Assembly: GCA_913047625.1 (NCBI GenBank) | Contig: CAJWUJ010000005.1 | Span: 6,239-70,238 of the forward strand | Length of the DNA: 64,000 nt | Source: an uncultured Dehalococcoidia bacterium | Lineage (GTDB): Bacteria > Chloroflexota > Dehalococcoidia > Lucifugimonadales > CAJWUJ01 | Reading direction: 5' to 3' | In this document: positions 27,905 to 37,374 of the stretch, one piece after another | How positions within the stretch are numbered: position 1 is the stretch's first letter | How the letters are laid out: each line of letters opens with the position of its first letter | The notes under the pieces: generated by a model | What the model saw: the letters and a program-made list of their open reading frames with translations, nothing else | Databases searched by the model: none | Told to the model about the DNA's origin: nothing | Translations under genes and position numbers: made by a program

Positions 27905-30826
27905 TTGGCTAAAAGAAAAAACCTTACACAGTCGCCAGTTCGACAGGGTAATAGGATTGACTGTTCCCGTGAGATAAAATTCTCGTACAACGGGCGTTGG
28001 TATCAGGGATATAAGGGAGATACCGTTGCTTCAGCTCTATTTGCTGCAGGGAAGCGTATTTTCAGCAGAAGTTTTAAATATCATCGTCCTCGAGGACTCA
28101 CATGCGTATCTGGACAGTGTCCTAATTGCCTTATGACTGTAGACGGAGTTCCTAACGTGCGTTCCTGCATTCAACCTCTCAGTCAGGGAATGCAAGTAGA
28201 GCATCAAAATGCTTGGCCTTCGTTGGAACACGATATATTTGGCATGATCGATAGGTTAGGTAAATTTCTGCCGGTTGGTTTTTACTATAAAAGCTTAATA
28301 CGGCCTAAGCTATTGTGGAAAATTGCCGAGCCGTTTATTCGGAGAATGGCTGGATTAGGTAAGGTCAACTTAAAGTTAGAACATGGTGACGAATATAATC
28401 ACCGATTCTTGCATACAGACATTGCCATTGTGGGGGGTGGACTCGCAGGTCTAACTGCCACGGTAGAAGCTATCAAAGCTGACGCTGATATTATTTTGGT
28501 GGAAGAACAGCCTTGTTTGGGAGGAACTTTACGTCATAGGGTGCAAGATATTGACTTCCCTGAATTACCTGGTTTATCTGCCCAAGAAGTTGCTGATAAA
28601 TTGGCTGAGACTGTCGTATCCAGTTCTAGTGTTTCAGTTATGACAAACGCGAGTGCTATAGGATTATACGAAGGTAATTACTTGGGAGTGCGTCAAGGAA
28701 ATGAACTAGTTAAGATTAGAGCTAAACAAGTTATTATTACGACTGGGTCGTATCAAATTCCCTTGGTTTTTGACAATAACGATTTGCCGGGAGTGATGCT
28801 GGGAGATGCTGTTAGAAAATTGATTCATTACTACGGAGTTAGTCCAGGGAATAAGGCTGTTGTCGTTACATCCGATGATAACGGTCACGGTTTGGCCAAA
28901 GATTTGGCTGAAGCAGGTGTTGAGGTTATTGCGATAGCTGATAATCGACCAAAACCTGATATTGATCACTCAGGGGTTTTAGAGAATCCTCGGGTACCTG
29001 TTTTTTGGGACACCTCTATTAGTCGAGCGTTAGGGAAAAAACATGTTAGAGGGATAGAGATTGTGACGTCAAAAGAGGCGTCGGAATACCAAGCTCCGCT
29101 GAAATTAAAGTGTGATTTGATATGTATCAGCACCAATTCTCAGCCAGCAAATAGTTTATTGCATCAAACGGGAGCAACAATCGAGTATGACAAACATACA
29201 GCACAGCCATTAGTCAAAAATACTCCCGCAGGTGTCTTTGCGGCTGGCGAGGTTACAGGAATTCATGATAAGAACCTTAATGTTTTGCAGGCTAAAGTTG
29301 CAGCACTGAAGTCATGTCAGAATCTTGGAATATTGCGTAGGAAGAAGCAATTAGAAAGTCTTATTGATGAGCTAGAGCAACTTGAAATAACTAGTAGAAG
29401 TCTGCCACGTGTTCACTGTAGCCAGACAGTACCTGGTATTAGCGACAAGAGGATCGTTTGCTATTGCGAAGATGTTTTGGAAAAAGACTTGAATCAGGCG
29501 ATAGAAGAAGGATTCCGAGATATCCAAATACTTAAAAGATATAGTACCGTGACTATGGGGCCTTGTCAGGGAAAGATGTGTAGCGCTGCTGCGATTGATA
29601 TATGTGCTAGAGCTACAGGAACGGATATAAGCCAGATTGGGACTACTACCTCTCGACCACCGTTAGAACCGGTTTCTTTGGGAGTTTTGGCTGGTTCAGT
29701 GCATACTCCCTTAAAAAGAACCCCTATGCATAACAGGCACGTTAATTTAGGGGCAAAAATGGTTCAAGTTGGGGAATGGTTAAGGCCTCATTCTTACGGG
29801 AATGTTTGGTCAGAATATCAAGCTGTTAGGGAGCGTGTAGGAGTTATTGACGTGAGTACCCTCGGGAAACTTGATTTAAAAGGGGATGAAGCGGCGCCAT
29901 TGCTGGATAGGTTATACGTTAATCGGATAGGAAATTTGAAGGTAGGACGAACACGCTACGGGGTCGTTTGTTCAGAAACAGGAGTTATTTTAGACGATGG
30001 TACGATCTCACGCCTGGCAGAGGATCACTTTTTTGTTACGACAACGACTGGCAATACCGAGTCTATGGAAAGTTGGTTCAAATGGTGGAGCGCATCTACA
30101 AATGATTGTGTCCATATCACCAATATCACTGCTGGTATGGGTGCAGTTAATCTAGCGGGACCATTTGCCAGAGATGTGTTGTCAAAACTGAGCCCGATAG
30201 ACCTTTCCAATGAGGTGTTTGGATATATGGGTAATGTGTCTGGCCTGGTTGCAGGCGTGCCTGCAACTTTGATGAGAATTGGTTTTGTGGGTGAGACCGG
30301 ATGGGAAATCCATTTTCCATCTGAATACGGTGAGTATCTTTGGGACTCCATTATTCAGGCTGGCCAAGAATTTGGTATCAGACCTTTTGGAGTGGAAGCA
30401 CAAAGGATTCTAAGACTCGAAAAGAAACATGTGATTATTGGACAGGATACTGACGCTCTGACAAACCCGTACGAAGCCAATATGGCTTGGGCCGTAAAAC
30501 TAGAAAAAGAAGACTTCGTTGGTCGGGGGGGTCTTCGTAAAATCAAAGGATTACCTCGGAGTAATAAACTAGTTGGATTTGTTATGAAGGATGGCACAGT
30601 TCCTCGAGATGGAGATCCTGTGATTGATAAAGGAGTGGCTGTGGGGCGAGTTACTAGTGCTCGTTACAGTCCCCATGTAGGGAGAGGATTTGGGCTTGCC
30701 TATCTGCCTGATTATTTGGCGGTACAGCAAAGTGATTTCATTATAGCTGTTAACGGGCTTGAATCATTGGCCGTGATTGTTGACCAGGCTTTTTATGATC
30801 CCGAAGGTCTTCGTCTTCGTGGGTGA
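27905..30826 (+). CDS. mgdC: sarcosine oxidase alpha-subunit family protein (N-methylglutamate dehydrogenase subunit, folate-binding GcvT-like C-terminus)
   Basis: 973 aa. N-terminal 2Fe-2S-like region, IAIVGGGLAGL dinucleotide fold, and a C-terminal aminomethyltransferase-like domain. Confidence 0.8.
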   Translation: MAKRKNLTQSPVRQGNRIDCSREIKFSYNGRWYQGYKGDTVASALFAAGKRIFSRSFKYHRPRGLTCVSGQCPNCLMTVDGVPNVRSCIQPLSQGMQVEHQNAWPSLEHDIFGMIDRLGKFLPVGFYYKSLIRPKLLWKIAEPFIRRMAGLGKVNLKLEHGDEYNHRFLHTDIAIVGGGLAGLTATVEAIKADADIILVEEQPCLGGTLRHRVQDIDFPELPGLSAQEVADKLAETVVSSSSVSVMTNASAIGLYEGNYLGVRQGNELVKIRAKQVIITTGSYQIPLVFDNNDLPGVMLGDAVRKLIHYYGVSPGNKAVVVTSDDNGHGLAKDLAEAGVEVIAIADNRPKPDIDHSGVLENPRVPVFWDTSISRALGKKHVRGIEIVTSKEASEYQAPLKLKCDLICISTNSQPANSLLHQTGATIEYDKHTAQPLVKNTPAGVFAAGEVTGIHDKNLNVLQAKVAALKSCQNLGILRRKKQLESLIDELEQLEITSRSLPRVHCSQTVPGISDKRIVCYCEDVLEKDLNQAIEEGFRDIQILKRYSTVTMGPCQGKMCSAAAIDICARATGTDISQIGTTTSRPPLEPVSLGVLAGSVHTPLKRTPMHNRHVNLGAKMVQVGEWLRPHSYGNVWSEYQAVRERVGVIDVSTLGKLDLKGDEAAPLLDRLYVNRIGNLKVGRTRYGVVCSETGVILDDGTISRLAEDHFFVTTTTGNTESMESWFKWWSASTNDCVHITNITAGMGAVNLAGPFARDVLSKLSPIDLSNEVFGYMGNVSGLVAGVPATLMRIGFVGETGWEIHFPSEYGEYLWDSIIQAGQEFGIRPFGVEAQRILRLEKKHVIIGQDTDALTNPYEANMAWAVKLEKEDFVGRGGLRKIKGLPRSNKLVGFVMKDGTVPRDGDPVIDKGVAVGRVTSARYSPHVGRGFGLAYLPDYLAVQQSDFIIAVNGLESLAVIVDQAFYDPEGLRLRG

Positions 30827-30836
30827 AGGAGTTGAT

Positions 30837-31532
30837 ATGTCACAACTGGATATAGTTAAACGCAGTAGTTTGCATTCTATTCATTTAGAGTTAAATGCAT
30901 CAATGATAGAAGAATCTCGTTGGGAGCGTCCAAATTGGTATATTGATCCTGACAAAGAAATGGCTCAAATTACTGAAACCGTTGGAATTTGCGACATTAG
31001 CCCAGTAGGTAAATTGTTTATAGAAGGACAAAAACTTGATAGGTTTTGTAACAAGATCGGTTACAAAACTAGCGTCAAACGGGGTGATATTGTGCCTCAT
31101 AGTGTGGCTGAAGGTAAAATGGTTCTTTGCAGATTGTCTGCGAATCAGCTACTCGTTTTTACTTCCCCGGAGAATATAGGTCCAATGACAAATACCCTTA
31201 CACCAGAACTGTCTGGATGTTTACACTTAACTGACTTAACATCTCTTTATACTGGAATATTGGTTTGCGGTCCCCAGAGCAGAGTACTTTTGGAGACGCT
31301 TACCAATATTGATTTACGAGAGTCCAGTTTTTCCAATATGAGCTGTGTTCAAGGGAGAGTAGCTGATGTTCACTGTATAGTGATTCGCAACGACAGAAAG
31401 TCAATGACAGCCTACGAGATCTATGTAACTCGTGATTTTGGACAATACCTTTGGACTGGCATGTCAGAAAGAGGAAGTGATATTGGTCTGTTGCCCTTTG
31501 GAGTTGAAGTGTTAGGTAGACTTATAAGTTAG
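30837..31532 (+). CDS. mgdD: sarcosine oxidase gamma-subunit family protein (N-methylglutamate dehydrogenase subunit)
   Basis: Position and size fit SoxG. I prefer the ATG at 30837 (GAAGGAG 6 nt upstream) over 30777, which overlaps the alpha subunit by 50 nt. Confidence 0.65.
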   Translation: MSQLDIVKRSSLHSIHLELNASMIEESRWERPNWYIDPDKEMAQITETVGICDISPVGKLFIEGQKLDRFCNKIGYKTSVKRGDIVPHSVAEGKMVLCRLSANQLLVFTSPENIGPMTNTLTPELSGCLHLTDLTSLYTGILVCGPQSRVLLETLTNIDLRESSFSNMSCVQGRVADVHCIVIRNDRKSMTAYEIYVTRDFGQYLWTGMSERGSDIGLLPFGVEVLGRLIS

Positions 31533-31544
31533 GGAGCGTAATTA

Positions 31545-32759
31545 ATGCAGTTGTTTAGCAAAGAAGCGATGTGGGACAGGAAACCACTCAAGGATCGCTA
31601 CAGAATTGTAATAATAGGAGGAGGAGTCCATGGCCTGTCCATAGCCTACTATTTGGGCAAACATGGAATATCTGACGTAGCAGTACTTGATCGATCATAC
31701 CTTGGTGGAGGAGGTAGTGCCAGAAGCACCGCTATTATTAGGGCCAACTATGTTACTAAGGATGGAATACCGTTTTTTCATCAGAGTCTCAAACTGTATC
31801 AAGACTTATCCCAGGAGCTCGACTATAATTTGTTGTTCAGTCAATTCGGTAGAGTTGAGCTTGGACATACTGAGTCAGCTCTGTATGCATTGAGAATTCG
31901 CTCTGAGGCTAACAGAGCTATGGGAGTTAATAGTCTGGAGATAGGCCCTGAAACAGTAAAACAAATGATACCTGCCATAGATATGAGGGTTGGTAAAACG
32001 TTTCCTGTTTTGGGCGGGCTCTATCACCCGCCGGGTGGAGTTATTAGGCATGATGCAGTGGTTTGGGCTTATGGCCGAGGGGCTGCTCGATCTGGTGCTG
32101 AGTTGCATCCGCATACTGAAGTTACGGGTATCCGTGTTGACAGAGGACGAGTATCAGGGGTTGAAACGACCAAAGGGAATATTGATTGCGATATAGTGGT
32201 GAATTCCACGGCGGGATGGTGTTCAACTATCGCGCAAATGGTTAATATTGACTTACCCATAGTTACGATGCCTCTACAAGCATGTGTTACTGAACCCCTG
32301 AAACCGTTTCTTCATAAAACTGTGTCCTCTGCTAATTTACATGTGTATGTTTATCAAACTGATCGAGGAGAAGTGGTCATCGGAGGGGCTGTTGATCCTT
32401 ATCCGACGTACAGTCAAGCCTCTACTCTCCCAATGTTGGAAACATTAGCGGCACATACGCTTGAATTATTTCCATGCTTAGCAAATGTCAATATATTGAG
32501 GCAATGGGGAGGGTTATGCGACATGACCCCTGATTACGCCCCAGTTATGGGTGAACATCCGGATCTTGGCGGGTTTATATTAAACTGTGGATGGGGGACT
32601 TGGGGTTTCAAAGCAGCTCCTGCTGCAGGGATGAACATCGCTAAGTTAATTGCAACAGACAAGGCTCCTGATATCATTCGTCCGTTCGCGATTACGAGAT
32701 TTAAAGAAGGTAAACTTGTGAATGAACGTGGGGGAGCTCCAGCTGCTGCAGTCCAATGA
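31545..32759 (+). CDS. mgdA: sarcosine oxidase beta-subunit family FAD oxidoreductase (N-methylglutamate dehydrogenase subunit)
   Basis: 404 aa with IVIIGGGVHGLSIAYYL and DAO-family architecture. Confidence 0.8.
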   Translation: MQLFSKEAMWDRKPLKDRYRIVIIGGGVHGLSIAYYLGKHGISDVAVLDRSYLGGGGSARSTAIIRANYVTKDGIPFFHQSLKLYQDLSQELDYNLLFSQFGRVELGHTESALYALRIRSEANRAMGVNSLEIGPETVKQMIPAIDMRVGKTFPVLGGLYHPPGGVIRHDAVVWAYGRGAARSGAELHPHTEVTGIRVDRGRVSGVETTKGNIDCDIVVNSTAGWCSTIAQMVNIDLPIVTMPLQACVTEPLKPFLHKTVSSANLHVYVYQTDRGEVVIGGAVDPYPTYSQASTLPMLETLAAHTLELFPCLANVNILRQWGGLCDMTPDYAPVMGEHPDLGGFILNCGWGTWGFKAAPAAGMNIAKLIATDKAPDIIRPFAITRFKEGKLVNERGGAPAAAVQ

Positions 32760-32779
32760 TGGTGGCCAAAGTATGAGTT

Positions 32780-33883
32780 TTAGTTGTGTCTTCCCCGTGC
32801 TGCTATTTCGATAACTCGTTCGACGACGTTGTTTCTGATGCCGACGTAGCGGTCCCATCTGTTTACTAAGGCATCTTGCATAGCTACAACTAGCTGGAAT
32901 TGGTCACCAACCTTGAATTCCTCGTTGGGATCCTCTAAAAGAGTATGTTCCGCCTGCAAAGTAGTAACAGTAACATTGGGATGACCCTCTACTTCAGGAA
33001 CTCCTTTGATTAAGGTGGCTGCCTTTACTCCGATGTCTCCTATAGCTGTTTTTGAACGAGGTGTACTCACTATAGTCCCGAGAACTTTAATAGCTTGCTG
33101 AAACTCTGGAAAGAAATAATGCGAGGAATCTTTAGTAATATAAGAACCTCCCTGGATTTCTGTTACACCTATTGAATCTCTGGCTACGTCGTAACTCCAA
33201 GTCTCGCCTGTTGAAACTATTTCACACGGGAACCCTGAATTTTCTACGGCATCTTTAACATCTAGACAATGTTTAATTGTCCATTTTGCTTCGTTTTGCC
33301 TGTCGTTGCGATCCCCAGCTTTACTTGGGTCAATCGATTGATGGCTCATGATCCCTCGAAAAGTCAGTCCTTGTGCTTGACTGGCTTTCCTTGCCAAGTT
33401 GATAGCGTCTTGAGTAGACTGAATACCTGAGCGGTGAATATTCGTGTCAATTTCCAAGATGATACCCAGATTTACCCCATGGCTCTGTGCGGCCTCATCC
33501 AAATCATGTACGTTCTGTTCATTATCTACTGCTACAATCATGTCTGCTGATCTGCATAGGGAGCAGAGACGATCAATTTTTGCCTTCGTAATAACTTGGT
33601 TAGCGATTAACACTTGAGGAATTCCAGCTTGTACCATTACTGCTGCTTCTGATACTTTGGAAGCGCAGACACCGTTCACTGTGCCACCAGCCCTAAGTTG
33701 CATCCATGCTATATCAGGCGATCGATGGTTTTTCACGTGTGGCCGAAGTTTGCAATCACTATCTTTGTAATAAGTTGCAAGGTAGTTAATATTATGTTCG
33801 AGAGCATCGAGATCGAGTATTAGACATGGTGTATCGAGCATAGATATGTGAGTACCAGGTCTCGCAGGTAATGGTTGTCTCAT
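32780..33883 (-). CDS. PLP-dependent DSD1-family enzyme (D-threonine aldolase / D-serine dehydratase-like, alanine-racemase N-terminal fold)
   Basis: 367 aa. TPCLILDLDALEHNI and the RPHVKNHR PLP-lysine motif. Confidence 0.75.
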   Translation of the reverse strand: MRQPLPARPGTHISMLDTPCLILDLDALEHNINYLATYYKDSDCKLRPHVKNHRSPDIAWMQLRAGGTVNGVCASKVSEAAVMVQAGIPQVLIANQVITKAKIDRLCSLCRSADMIVAVDNEQNVHDLDEAAQSHGVNLGIILEIDTNIHRSGIQSTQDAINLARKASQAQGLTFRGIMSHQSIDPSKAGDRNDRQNEAKWTIKHCLDVKDAVENSGFPCEIVSTGETWSYDVARDSIGVTEIQGGSYITKDSSHYFFPEFQQAIKVLGTIVSTPRSKTAIGDIGVKAATLIKGVPEVEGHPNVTVTTLQAEHTLLEDPNEEFKVGDQFQLVVAMQDALVNRWDRYVGIRNNVVERVIEIAARGRHN

Positions 33884-33934
33884 TTGTTTCTCCTCTTCAT
33901 GGTTAAACTGTAAAGATTTTGGGAATCCTGTGTC

Positions 33935-35044
33935 TTAGTCGTATCTTCCCCTCGCACTGATTTCCCATATTGCTTCGAGTTTGCCTTTCCTGATGGCAAA
34001 CATGTAGTCAAACAAGTTTACGCAAATTTCCAGTGTATGTGGCGTGACCCAAACTTTGTCTCCAACATTTAGTTTGTCAGGCTCGTTTTCATCCCATGTG
34101 ATTTTAGTATGTTCAGCACTTACCCTCGTTATAGTCAGTCCTGGGAGCGTGTCTGTCATAGGCAGACCTTTATCAGGACCAAGGGTTTTATGTCCGCAGT
34201 CAGCTGTTGCAGCATTTGGGGCCGGCCTACTTGTTATAGTGGCCATAACTTTGAATGCAGGTTTAAACATAGGGCGAAAAGGAACGTAGTTCCATTCCAT
34301 GAGGACGTAACTAGCTGCTTGGATTTCAGTTACTCCTTCAATCGCACCGGCTATTTCATAGTTATGCGTGCCTCCTACACTGACAGTATCTACAGGTATT
34401 CCTGCTTTTTCGATAGCTTCTTTCGAGTCCAATACTTGTCTGATATATTTGTGGGTTTCGGTGACTAAATCCTCATAATTCTCGTGCTTAATTGCGCCTT
34501 CGTATGTTGTGACACCAGCGAAATTAAGTGAAGGAGCCTTTGCAATAGCTTTTGCAAGATTGACCGCAGGTTGCCCTGGTTCTACACCGCATCGATTAAG
34601 ACGGGTATTTATCTCAACAAGAACGTTAATTATTGAGTCTGCCTCTTGGGCTGCATCTGAAAGATCCTGAACGTTCTTTAGATTATCAGCGTTAACAGTA
34701 ATTGTATTTGTCTTCGCTAATGAAGCTAGACGTTGGAGTTTTTGTTTAGTGACTATTTGGTTGGCTATGAGAATATCTGAAAAGCCAGACTGAGCAAACA
34801 CCTCTGCCTCACCTATCTTGGCTGTACATATGCCCCCAGTATTCCCTTCAGCTTGAAGTTGTTGATGTGCGATTGCAGGACAACGGTGTACTTTGATGTG
34901 AGGACGGACTTTCGCGGTTGTATTTGCAAAAAATGAATGCAATGTTTTGATGTTTTGCTCCATTATGTCGAGATCAACTACTGCTACTGGTGTATCCAGG
35001 TCTTCGACTGGAGTTCCTATCGGGTAAAAGATTGGTTGTTCCAT
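33935..35044 (-). CDS. PLP-dependent DSD1-family enzyme, tandem paralog
   Basis: 369 aa. TPVAVVDLDIMEQNI and RPHIKVHR. By eye it aligns along the full length with the neighbouring gene. Confidence 0.75.
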   Translation of the reverse strand: MEQPIFYPIGTPVEDLDTPVAVVDLDIMEQNIKTLHSFFANTTAKVRPHIKVHRCPAIAHQQLQAEGNTGGICTAKIGEAEVFAQSGFSDILIANQIVTKQKLQRLASLAKTNTITVNADNLKNVQDLSDAAQEADSIINVLVEINTRLNRCGVEPGQPAVNLAKAIAKAPSLNFAGVTTYEGAIKHENYEDLVTETHKYIRQVLDSKEAIEKAGIPVDTVSVGGTHNYEIAGAIEGVTEIQAASYVLMEWNYVPFRPMFKPAFKVMATITSRPAPNAATADCGHKTLGPDKGLPMTDTLPGLTITRVSAEHTKITWDENEPDKLNVGDKVWVTPHTLEICVNLFDYMFAIRKGKLEAIWEISARGRYD

Positions 35045-35138
35045 ATTAAAATCCTTTCAGTCGACATAGTTCATTCTAGCTTAAGATAACATATTGAATA
35101 CGTAAGAGATAGACTCATAAAACATGAGCTATGTGGTC

Positions 35139-36137
35139 TTACAGTTGTTTGAGTTGAGGCAAGATGGTTTTACCAACGAGCTCCGTCATTTCCAATACTT
35201 CCTCATGAGAAGTGGCAGGCCAAGACAGTCTCAGTTCAAGATGTGTTATCCCAAGATCGCGGTATTTCGCCAGGCTCTCAAGACAATCTCCCGGATCCCC
35301 AACTGCGAAGGGGTCTTTATACAACGGTTCTACTCCACCGGCTATTGCTGATCCCACCAATGGCAGGCCATGATTCTTGTAGCCTGCGTATTTTTGTTCG
35401 ATGCTGGGTTTTGCCTTTTGGATCGCCTTCTCTCTGGTGGGGGCAATGAAAACTTCGCGCACAAGTGGAAGTTCGGCAGGAGTAGGCTGGTTGTGAGAAG
35501 CCAGTGCTTCATGCCAAATACCTATATTATGTTTGAGGTCATCATATGGTGTAAGGCCTAAAGCATAATATGGATGACCCAAACGGCCTGCCCTTTTTAT
35601 CGGGGCTTCTGTCATACCGGCAATCCATATTCTCGGGTAAGGTTTTTGGAACGGACGTGCGGTAGGACGAGCTTCCGATACGGTATAAAAATCCCCTTTG
35701 TGGGACACGACATCTTCAGTCCAGAGTTTTTTCATAAGTTCGAGGCTTTCCTCGAATCGAGGGGCCCGTTCTTTTTGGGCCATGCCTGCTGCTTCAAATT
35801 CTTCCTTTCGGTATCCTAATCCGACACCGAAAATAAACTTTCCTTCACAAATGTGATCCAGTGTGGCAACTTCCTCCGCTACTTGTACTGGATTCAGGAT
35901 GGGGGTCAGCAAGACACTGGTGACCATTTCCATGGATCCTGCTTCAGCAGCAAATCGTGACAGAATTGGTATTGGTTGAAAGTGTTGGAAAGGGTCTATC
36001 ATCCAGTGGTGTCCCCATCCTAAAAAATCAAATCCCACGTCCCGTGCCAGACGGAATTCTTCAAGCTGGTTCAACCATTGTTGCTGCAGGTCGTACCCTT
36101 TAAAAATGACTTGTCCGAAATGTACTCCAATCTTCAC
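35139..36137 (-). CDS. luciferase-like (LLM class) flavin/F420-dependent oxidoreductase
   Basis: 332 aa with an LLM TIM-barrel pattern (GFDFLGWGHHW, GKFIFGVGLGYRKEEFEA). Confidence 0.8.
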   Translation of the reverse strand: MKIGVHFGQVIFKGYDLQQQWLNQLEEFRLARDVGFDFLGWGHHWMIDPFQHFQPIPILSRFAAEAGSMEMVTSVLLTPILNPVQVAEEVATLDHICEGKFIFGVGLGYRKEEFEAAGMAQKERAPRFEESLELMKKLWTEDVVSHKGDFYTVSEARPTARPFQKPYPRIWIAGMTEAPIKRAGRLGHPYYALGLTPYDDLKHNIGIWHEALASHNQPTPAELPLVREVFIAPTREKAIQKAKPSIEQKYAGYKNHGLPLVGSAIAGGVEPLYKDPFAVGDPGDCLESLAKYRDLGITHLELRLSWPATSHEEVLEMTELVGKTILPQLKQL

Positions 36138-36311
36138 TTTTACCCATATCTTTCTGATACTTTGTTAGAGTTGCTATTCTTAGTACCACTCAAAGTTCAA
36201 TAAGCACACAGTGCACATGGAATACTACGATTACATATGGTAATCGTCAATAGAAAATGTATGATAGACACGAGTCGAAGCTCATTACTTTTTGTCCAGT
36301 GAGGAAAATAT

Positions 36312-37340
36312 ATGATTCAATATGGGGTTTTTCTGTTGATGCCTTCTCCGTTGGGCGAATCTTCTCCCAAGGTGTATGCAAGGGCACTTGAAGTGGCTTT
36401 AGCAGCTGAAAAGCTAGGCTTTCATAGTATTTGGATAGCGGAACACCATTTCTCGAATTACGGATATGTACCTAGGCCCTTGGTGATGGCGTCGCACATA
36501 GCTGCAAAAACTGAAAACATTCGAATTGGAACTGGTGTAGTTGTCTTACCTTTACATCATCCTTTGATAGTAGCTGAAGAGACAGCAATGGTTGATATCT
36601 TAAGCAACGGTAGGTTGGAGGTGGGACTAGGAAGAGGTTATCAACCATATGAATTTGAACGCTTTGATCAAAAATTAAGTGAAAGCAGAGAACGTTGGAG
36701 TGAGGGTGTTGAAATATTAAAGAAAGCATGGACAGTGGATACTTTTTGCCATGAAGGGAAATATTATCAATTTGATAACACCACAATTTTCCCTAGGCCG
36801 ATCCAGAAACCCCATCCCCCGATCTGGATGGTAGCTCAAAGTGAACAATCAATAATACACGCTGCAATCAATGGATTGAATGTTTTGACTGGTGGTGCAG
36901 GATTTCCAATGGATACCCTTATTGCATTCCGTAAGTTATTTGACCAAAATTTAATTACTGGTACTAATGTACCTATTCCAAAGTTTGGGGTTCAGTCTAA
37001 AATTTACGTTGCATCTTCTTATCAGGAAGCCCGTGAAGCATCAGAGGAAGCGTTGTGGAACATTCGTGTTTCTAACAGCTTGCGGTTAGGGAATCAGTTA
37101 GTGACAGATGGCATGGTGGGGGTTGTTCCAATGGACAAAGAACCTTCGCGAGATGAGCTGGTTGACCAATATCTTATTTTTGGTACACCAGAGCACTGCG
37201 CACAAAAAATTCAATGGATGAAAGATAATATAGGATTGGATCTCCTTAATTTAGATTTTTGGAGTGGGAATTTGTCACACTCCCGAATCATCAAATCTAT
37301 GGAAAGCTTTTATTCAAAAGTGGTGCCTTTGATTAGCTGA
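36312..37340 (+). CDS. luciferase-like (LLM class) flavin-dependent monooxygenase/oxidoreductase
   Basis: 342 aa (LGFHSIWIAEHHFSNYG, GRLEVGLGRGYQPYEFERF). Confidence 0.8.
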   Translation: MIQYGVFLLMPSPLGESSPKVYARALEVALAAEKLGFHSIWIAEHHFSNYGYVPRPLVMASHIAAKTENIRIGTGVVVLPLHHPLIVAEETAMVDILSNGRLEVGLGRGYQPYEFERFDQKLSESRERWSEGVEILKKAWTVDTFCHEGKYYQFDNTTIFPRPIQKPHPPIWMVAQSEQSIIHAAINGLNVLTGGAGFPMDTLIAFRKLFDQNLITGTNVPIPKFGVQSKIYVASSYQEAREASEEALWNIRVSNSLRLGNQLVTDGMVGVVPMDKEPSRDELVDQYLIFGTPEHCAQKIQWMKDNIGLDLLNLDFWSGNLSHSRIIKSMESFYSKVVPLIS

Positions 37341-37374
37341 CAAGACTTTTTTGAGGAATCCCTACTGCGGTTAG

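Noticed and set aside
30777-30836. Longer start for the sarcosine-oxidase gamma-like gene
   Set aside because: It would overlap the alpha-subunit gene by 50 nt. ATG 30837 has a GAAGGAG Shine-Dalgarno at proper spacing.
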